In this document: positions 16,667 to 20,000 of the stretch, one piece after another
Position numbering within the stretch: the first letter of the stretch is position 1
Layout: every line of letters starts with the position of its first letter
From: an uncultured virus (IMG/VR IMGVR_UViG_3300043777_000336)
Taxonomy: Duplodnaviria > Heunggongvirae > Uroviricota > Caudoviricetes
Direction: 5' to 3' (one strand)
Virus record (IMG/VR): IMGVR_UViG_3300043777_000336
Length of the DNA: 20,000 bases
Notes under the pieces: generated by a model
Database searches by the model: none
What the model was told of the DNA's origin: nothing
What the model saw: only the letters and a program-made list of their open reading frames with translations
Made by a program: the position numbers and the translations under genes

Positions 16667-16692
16667 CGTCTAGCCCTCCTTCGCGCGCACGA

Positions 16693-17004
16693 TCATCGCT
16701 TCGATTTCCAGTCTGCAAGCGCCGCTTTCAGTCTCGGCACCGACTCTTCCGCAGACATGTACCAAAGCGCCTTCACCGCGGCCCACGTGGGCGTGCCGGG
16801 CTCGATAACCGCGAGCATCTCACCTGGACCGAGACCGCCACGCTCCGCGAGACGTTCGGCGCTCTGGTCGTGGTTTCGGCGACACACATCCTGATGCTCG
16901 CCGATGAAGTCCCATGGTACGGACTTCGGGCAGTCCAACTCCTCAAGTCGGCGCATTCGGTCGCGAGACCCCTGCCAGAGTACGGGGAAGGTTCGTTCGG
17001 TCAT
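16693..17004 (-). CDS. Array gene, phage-type hypothetical, 103 aa
   Basis: VPW...NHDQSAERLAERGGL..E resembles a phage family of unknown function as I recall it (not searched). Confidence 0.8.
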   Translation of the reverse strand: MTERTFPVLWQGSRDRMRRLEELDCPKSVPWDFIGEHQDVCRRNHDQSAERLAERGGLGPGEMLAVIEPGTPTWAAVKALWYMSAEESVPRLKAALADWKSKR

Positions 17005-17034
17005 CTAGCCATCCTTCGCGCGCACCGTGCGCGG

Positions 17035-17244
17035 TCACGATTTCGATCCAATCGTCCCCGGCATAGGGTGGCACCAGTCAGCGCAGCACTTGTCGCACTT
17101 CATGCCAGAGCGCCCGAAACAGGTGGCGGGTTCGCCGCAGTCATCACACGGACCCGGAGGAGGGGTCGCCTGCGGTTGTGGGGTCACCTCTGCGAGCGCA
17201 AGCGCCAACACGGTTGCGAGTGACGCCTTTCTCTCCAAGCCCAT
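17035..17244 (-). CDS. Array gene, Cys-rich, 69 aa
   Basis: CDDCGEPATC...CDKCC..C; flanked by repeats. Confidence 0.65.
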   Translation of the reverse strand: MGLERKASLATVLALALAEVTPQPQATPPPGPCDDCGEPATCFGRSGMKCDKCCADWCHPMPGTIGSKS

Positions 17245-17300
17245 CGTCTAGCCCTCCTTCGCGCGCATTTGTGGGGATGCGCTGCCCGCTTCGCCACGTC

Positions 17301-18086
17301 TCATTTCGTGCCCGGCAAGGTCACCTCTATGACCCCTCCGACCATACTCGGCGATTCGTCTTCGGGGCGCACGACCGGAACGCCCGACCCCTCCACGAGG
17401 GTCATGTTCTCGTCCGCGTCCTCCAGCCCGCAGTCGCCTCGCTCCGTGTGCCTGGAGCAGTACCAAGTAAACTGACCCGTGAAGTCGTACTCGGGCTCGA
17501 CCATCAGGCGCCCGTTCCCGACCTGTAGCTTCTTCAATCGGTAGACGTTCTTCGGGGGCTCGCTGCATCCGACTTGCTGGCAGCGCTCCCGCTCCTCTGC
17601 GTCCGTGAGGTGATGCCAGGGGATGGCCTTGCTGCCCTCGTTCGCAACGGTCACATGCCAGGCCATCCCCATCGCAGCGTCGCCGAACGTTGCAAAGTGC
17701 TGCTGCATCAAAACGACGCCCTTGCGGCGCACCACTAGCCGCGCGGCGGGGGCGTCGAGCACGTACCGGGCTTCCGCGTACAGGAAGTGCGGCGCGTACG
17801 TCAGCAGCATCTTCATCCGGTGGAACTGGTGAGTGAGGAGCTTCGGCGATCCGGTCGTCCCAACTTCGAGATGGGCGCTGATCCGCCACTCGTCGCCGCT
17901 CAAGCCGCTCGTCTTGTACCGAGGGACGATATACGCGCGGAGCTTGGCTCCGGTCGCCTCGACCTCGACGCTGTCCCAGTAATCGTCGTCGTGATGCCGA
18001 TGAAGCGGTCGCTTGGGTTGCTCGCCACCGAGCGACGACTTGAGGTTCTCTCCGAGTCGCTTCATCACGCTTCCGCTGTCGGTCAT
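17301..18086 (-). CDS. Array gene, hypothetical, 261 aa
   Basis: AAAGG RBS; CQQVGC...YCSRH..RGDC possible metal site. Confidence 0.8.
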   Translation of the reverse strand: MTDSGSVMKRLGENLKSSLGGEQPKRPLHRHHDDDYWDSVEVEATGAKLRAYIVPRYKTSGLSGDEWRISAHLEVGTTGSPKLLTHQFHRMKMLLTYAPHFLYAEARYVLDAPAARLVVRRKGVVLMQQHFATFGDAAMGMAWHVTVANEGSKAIPWHHLTDAEERERCQQVGCSEPPKNVYRLKKLQVGNGRLMVEPEYDFTGQFTWYCSRHTERGDCGLEDADENMTLVEGSGVPVVRPEDESPSMVGGVIEVTLPGTK

Positions 18087-18136
18087 AGCCGTACCTTTCG
18101 TCTCAATTCACGTCGTCGGATGGGTCGCGCGCAGCA

Positions 18137-18304
18137 TTAGGAGTGTGCCTCTCCCGGTTTCTCTGTATCAGGTCGAATGTGCGGCTCCGTCCCATTGCCT
18201 TCTACTTCGGCACCATCGGGACAGTCTTCGATGTTGCTTTCAGCCCATTGACCGCACCGCTCGCAGCGAAACGGGATGAAGCCCGGGTCAGTCCCTACGA
18301 GCAT
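18137..18304 (-). CDS. Array gene, 55 aa
   Basis: Hand translation MLVGTDPGFIPFRCERCGQWAESNIEDCPDG...GEAHS; GGAG RBS in repeat 18316; stop 2 nt before repeat 18126. Confidence 0.6.
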   Translation of the reverse strand: MLVGTDPGFIPFRCERCGQWAESNIEDCPDGAEVEGNGTEPHIRPDTEKPGEAHS

Positions 18305-18334
18305 GGTTGAATCTCCGCGCGCATTTTCGGTGAC

Positions 18335-18607
18335 CTAACCGCCATAGGATTTGCGAGGAGGGTAGGGGGAGTCCTCTGTCGGAGGAGGTAGCGGTTTCCG
18401 CGGCTTCCCCGCCCGCACCTTCTGACACCACGTCTCCAGCATCTTAAGGAGGCATGAGTCTGAGCACACGTGCCACGACGATCCGCCCTCGTTGAGCCAC
18501 TCCACGTCAGCTCCGAAGATCGACCCGCCCCTAGTCACACTCTCGCCCACCGGAGGGGTCATCGTCTTTCCGCAAGCGTCGCATTTGTAGATCAGCGTCA
18601 TGCTCAT
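18335..18607 (-). CDS. Array gene, TRASH-like zinc finger (CxxC...HxCSxxC), 90 aa
   Basis: YKCDACGK...HVCSDSCL; GGAGG RBS. Confidence 0.75.
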   Translation of the reverse strand: MSMTLIYKCDACGKTMTPPVGESVTRGGSIFGADVEWLNEGGSSWHVCSDSCLLKMLETWCQKVRAGKPRKPLPPPTEDSPYPPRKSYGG

Positions 18608-18625
18608 GTTTTCCTCCGGTGCCTC

Positions 18626-18787
18626 TCACGCATTCGCGATGCGGATCCGGGCCACACAGTCGTCGTCATCGCAGTAGACACACGGCTCCCAATCGTCCAC
18701 CTCGTACTCGCCATCATCTAGCGGGTCGATGGGATCAATCTCTCCGCAATCAGTGTGCCATTCGAGCTTCGATTTCGTCTCACCCAC
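18626..18787 (-). CDS. Acidic hypothetical protein, 53 aa (possibly the tail of a frameshifted gene starting at 18942)
   Basis: GGAGG, 6 nt, GTG: MGETKSKLEWHTDCGEIDPIDPLDDGEYEVDDWEPCVYCDDDDCVARIRIANA. Confidence 0.55.
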   Translation of the reverse strand: MGETKSKLEWHTDCGEIDPIDPLDDGEYEVDDWEPCVYCDDDDCVARIRIANA

Positions 18788-18938
18788 CGAATTCCTCCGC
18801 GCGTACTTTCGACCCTCAGGGCGCTTCCCGGCACGAAGCCTTTGCTTGTCTGTGATGGAGAGCTTCGACCAACAGAGCCCGCACGACTCTGGATTGTTGC
18901 ATCCGGGGACGGAGGAATGTCCACGGGGAACGGCTTTT

Positions 18939-19208
18939 TCATTCGTCCGGATCCACAGGAACAGGCGGTCGCTTCAACTTCTCGAGAATTAGGTTGACGA
19001 CCTCGATCGCACGCTTACGCGGCAAGCGAATCGCGAACATGTGACCGTCGACCTCGCCGCCCGTCCCATCAGCCCGAATCTGGATCTCGTTCGAGATCCC
19101 ATCCGGAAGCGGACCATTCATGTCGAAGACGAACACGTTGGCGGGGCCCATGCGGATATCCGCCGGTTTGGACGAGGTGGCAATGACAAGCTCGATGGTG
19201 TCTCTCAT
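18939..19208 (-). CDS. Hypothetical protein, 89 aa (MRDTIELV...)
   Basis: GAGGAG RBS before ATG 19208. Confidence 0.7.
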   Translation of the reverse strand: MRDTIELVIATSSKPADIRMGPANVFVFDMNGPLPDGISNEIQIRADGTGGEVDGHMFAIRLPRKRAIEVVNLILEKLKRPPVPVDPDE

Positions 19209-19218
19209 CGCGATCTCC

Positions 19219-19464
19219 TCAATTCGGTGATTCGTTCCGCACAGATTCTCCACCAATGATCTTATCTTCGTAGATGAAGCGCTGACCACAGGAGACGCAG
19301 TTGTCCACGTTGAGCAGCTCGAATGTCTGCGGATGCCGGTGGATGAGCAAAACACCCTTCGGACAGGCAGGGCACTTAGACTTGTACTCGCCTTCGTCGA
19401 AGCGCTCGAGCTTCGCATGAGAGACTTTGATCGCGGGCTTGTCGAGATTCGGATGGTCGCTCAT
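19219..19464 (-). CDS. Zinc-ribbon protein, 81 aa (MSDHPNL...)
   Basis: CPAC...CVSCG; ATGA overlap with the upstream gene. Confidence 0.7.
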   Translation of the reverse strand: MSDHPNLDKPAIKVSHAKLERFDEGEYKSKCPACPKGVLLIHRHPQTFELLNVDNCVSCGQRFIYEDKIIGGESVRNESPN

Positions 19465-19637
19465 GAAGCGATCCACCCTTCCAATTCCACCTCGCGCAGT
19501 TTGAGGCGCAAGAGCTCCTCCACCACGCTCGCTAACGTCGGATCAGGACCACCAAAGAAGCCGGTATGACGCAGCTTCGTCAGAGCCTCCGCTTGGGCCT
19601 GCGAGAGAGTCACGGTCACTCTCTTAGAGCGCTTCAC
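19461..19637 (-). CDS. Ribbon-helix-helix DNA-binding protein, 58 aa
   Basis: GTGA overlap; MKRSKRVTVTLSQAQAEALTKL..TG....TLASVVEELLR. Confidence 0.7.
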   Translation of the reverse strand: MKRSKRVTVTLSQAQAEALTKLRHTGFFGGPDPTLASVVEELLRLKLREVELEGWIAS

Positions 19638-19804
19638 TTCTTCTTCGACTTCTGCGGAACGAGCCCGCGCTTCTTGCACTCGCGTTCGATCTCTTCGCGG
19701 TGCATGTCCCTGACAGGCTCACCGCGCAGGTAACGAGCCACGGTCTTGGGATCGACGCCGGCCGCCACGCCGACCTCGGTGAGGAGCTGGTTCCTTGACT
19801 TCAT
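19634..19804 (-). CDS. Small HTH DNA-binding protein (LacI/Cro-like), 56 aa
   Basis: Hand translation MKSRNQLLTEVGVAAGVDPKTVARYLRGEPVRDMHREEIERECKKRGLVPQKSKKK; similar to 288-458. Confidence 0.75.
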   Translation of the reverse strand: MKSRNQLLTEVGVAAGVDPKTVARYLRGEPVRDMHREEIERECKKRGLVPQKSKKK

Positions 19805-19810
19805 GCCGCA

Positions 19811-19839
19811 TTTCTACATCTTGGAGTATCTCGATGCAA
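19811..19839 (-). promoter_or_regulatory. Leftward sigma70-like promoter for the minus-strand run
   Basis: TTGCAT (19839-19834), 17 nt, TAGAAA (19816-19811); ATG 6 nt downstream with no RBS, so probably leaderless. Confidence 0.5.
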
Positions 19840-19862
19840 CTATTTTTGCCCCCTCTATCTTT

Positions 19863-19899
19863 CTAGTTGACTCGTCTTCCTGAAAGTTGTACCAACTAG
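19863..19899 (+). promoter_or_regulatory. Rightward promoter-like region with inverted repeats (operator candidate)
   Basis: TTGACT at 19867; CTAGTTG (19863-19869) and CAACTAG (19893-19899); AGTTG-TAC-CAACT palindrome 19885-19897. Confidence 0.45.
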
Positions 19900-19937
19900 G
19901 AACCAAGGCCGCACTTCACGGCCAGAAAGAGGCTCAG

Positions 19938-20000
19938 ATGGGATTTCCCAAGAAGCAGGCAGCAGGTCCGGTTCTCGAGCAGTCGCAGGTCGCGCTCCTG
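19938..20000 (+). CDS. Start of a divergent gene, truncated by the window edge
   Basis: AAAGAGG RBS; MGFPKKQAAGPVLEQSQVALL... Confidence 0.6.
   Translation, partial: MGFPKKQAAGPVLEQSQVALL

Larger units (their letters stand above)
12599..18324 (-). repeat. Dispersed intergenic repeat NTGCGCGC(G/T): 17 copies plus one degenerate terminal copy, at nearly every gene junction
   Basis: 9-nt cores start (plus-strand left coordinate) at 12851, 13211, 13410, 13554, 13878, 14156, 14435, 15067, 15360, 15725, 16036, 16431, 16682, 17017, 17260, 18126, 18316; degenerate GTGCGCGGG at 12599. Seven copies extend to near-identical GTGCGCGCGAAGGAGGGCTAG. Confidence 0.95.

Noticed and set aside
13542..17268. 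The repeat is only a strong Shine-Dalgarno sequence
   Set aside because: The conserved part is TGCGCGC upstream of the SD, and it persists in copies (13211, 15360, 16036, 18126) where the RBS is separate and further downstream.
17248..17889. 213-aa alternative-frame ORF ending in MRAKEG
   Set aside because: Arg/Ala/Gly-rich shadow of the 261-aa gene; only its last 18 codons are treated as a micro-ORF.
12599..18324. CRISPR array interpretation of the repeats
   Set aside because: The intervals are whole genes of about 140-870 nt, the repeats vary beyond a 9-nt core, and no cas genes are visible.
12599..18324. Canonical integron attC sites
   Set aside because: No RYYYAAC/GTTRRRY ends, junctions are too short for attC hairpins, and no IntI is in the window.
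1..20000. tRNA, rRNA, transposase, integrase or reverse transcriptase genes
   Set aside because: No recognisable motifs by eye; tRNAscan and HMM searches were not run.

Overview
A GC-rich, gene-dense stretch that looks like an early/accessory region of a large phage or prophage; no virion, integrase or transposase gene is recognisable. Two long runs of small genes converge at about 12.55 kb. The rightward run (288-12514) is joined mostly by ATGA/GTGA stop-start overlaps and encodes an RtcB RNA ligase, a MazG-like pyrophosphatase, an Rv2179c-like DEDDh 3'-5' exoribonuclease and many Cys-rich hypothetical proteins. The leftward run (19804-12611) contains the main discovery: an array of 19 small unrelated genes (18607-12611) in which 17 of 18 junctions carry the same element, NTG-CGC-GC(G/T), just after the stop codon (commonest form TGA-CC-GTGCGCGCGAAGGAGGGCTAG-ATG). 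In the NTG frame the element is a micro-ORF (MRAKEG*, MRAIQA*, MRAIKA*, MRAKDG* and others) that stops within 10 codons in 15 copies and fuses in frame to the next gene in 2. This suggests a cassette-like gene array with a junction/recombination signal or a translational-relay micro-ORF system. Both runs start with paralogous 56-aa HTH genes behind similar promoters, each with a ribbon-helix-helix gene nearby. A two-hairpin candidate sRNA lies at about 11.28-11.35 kb. Four apparent 1-nt frameshifts may be sequencing errors. All family calls come from motif recognition by eye; no searches were run.
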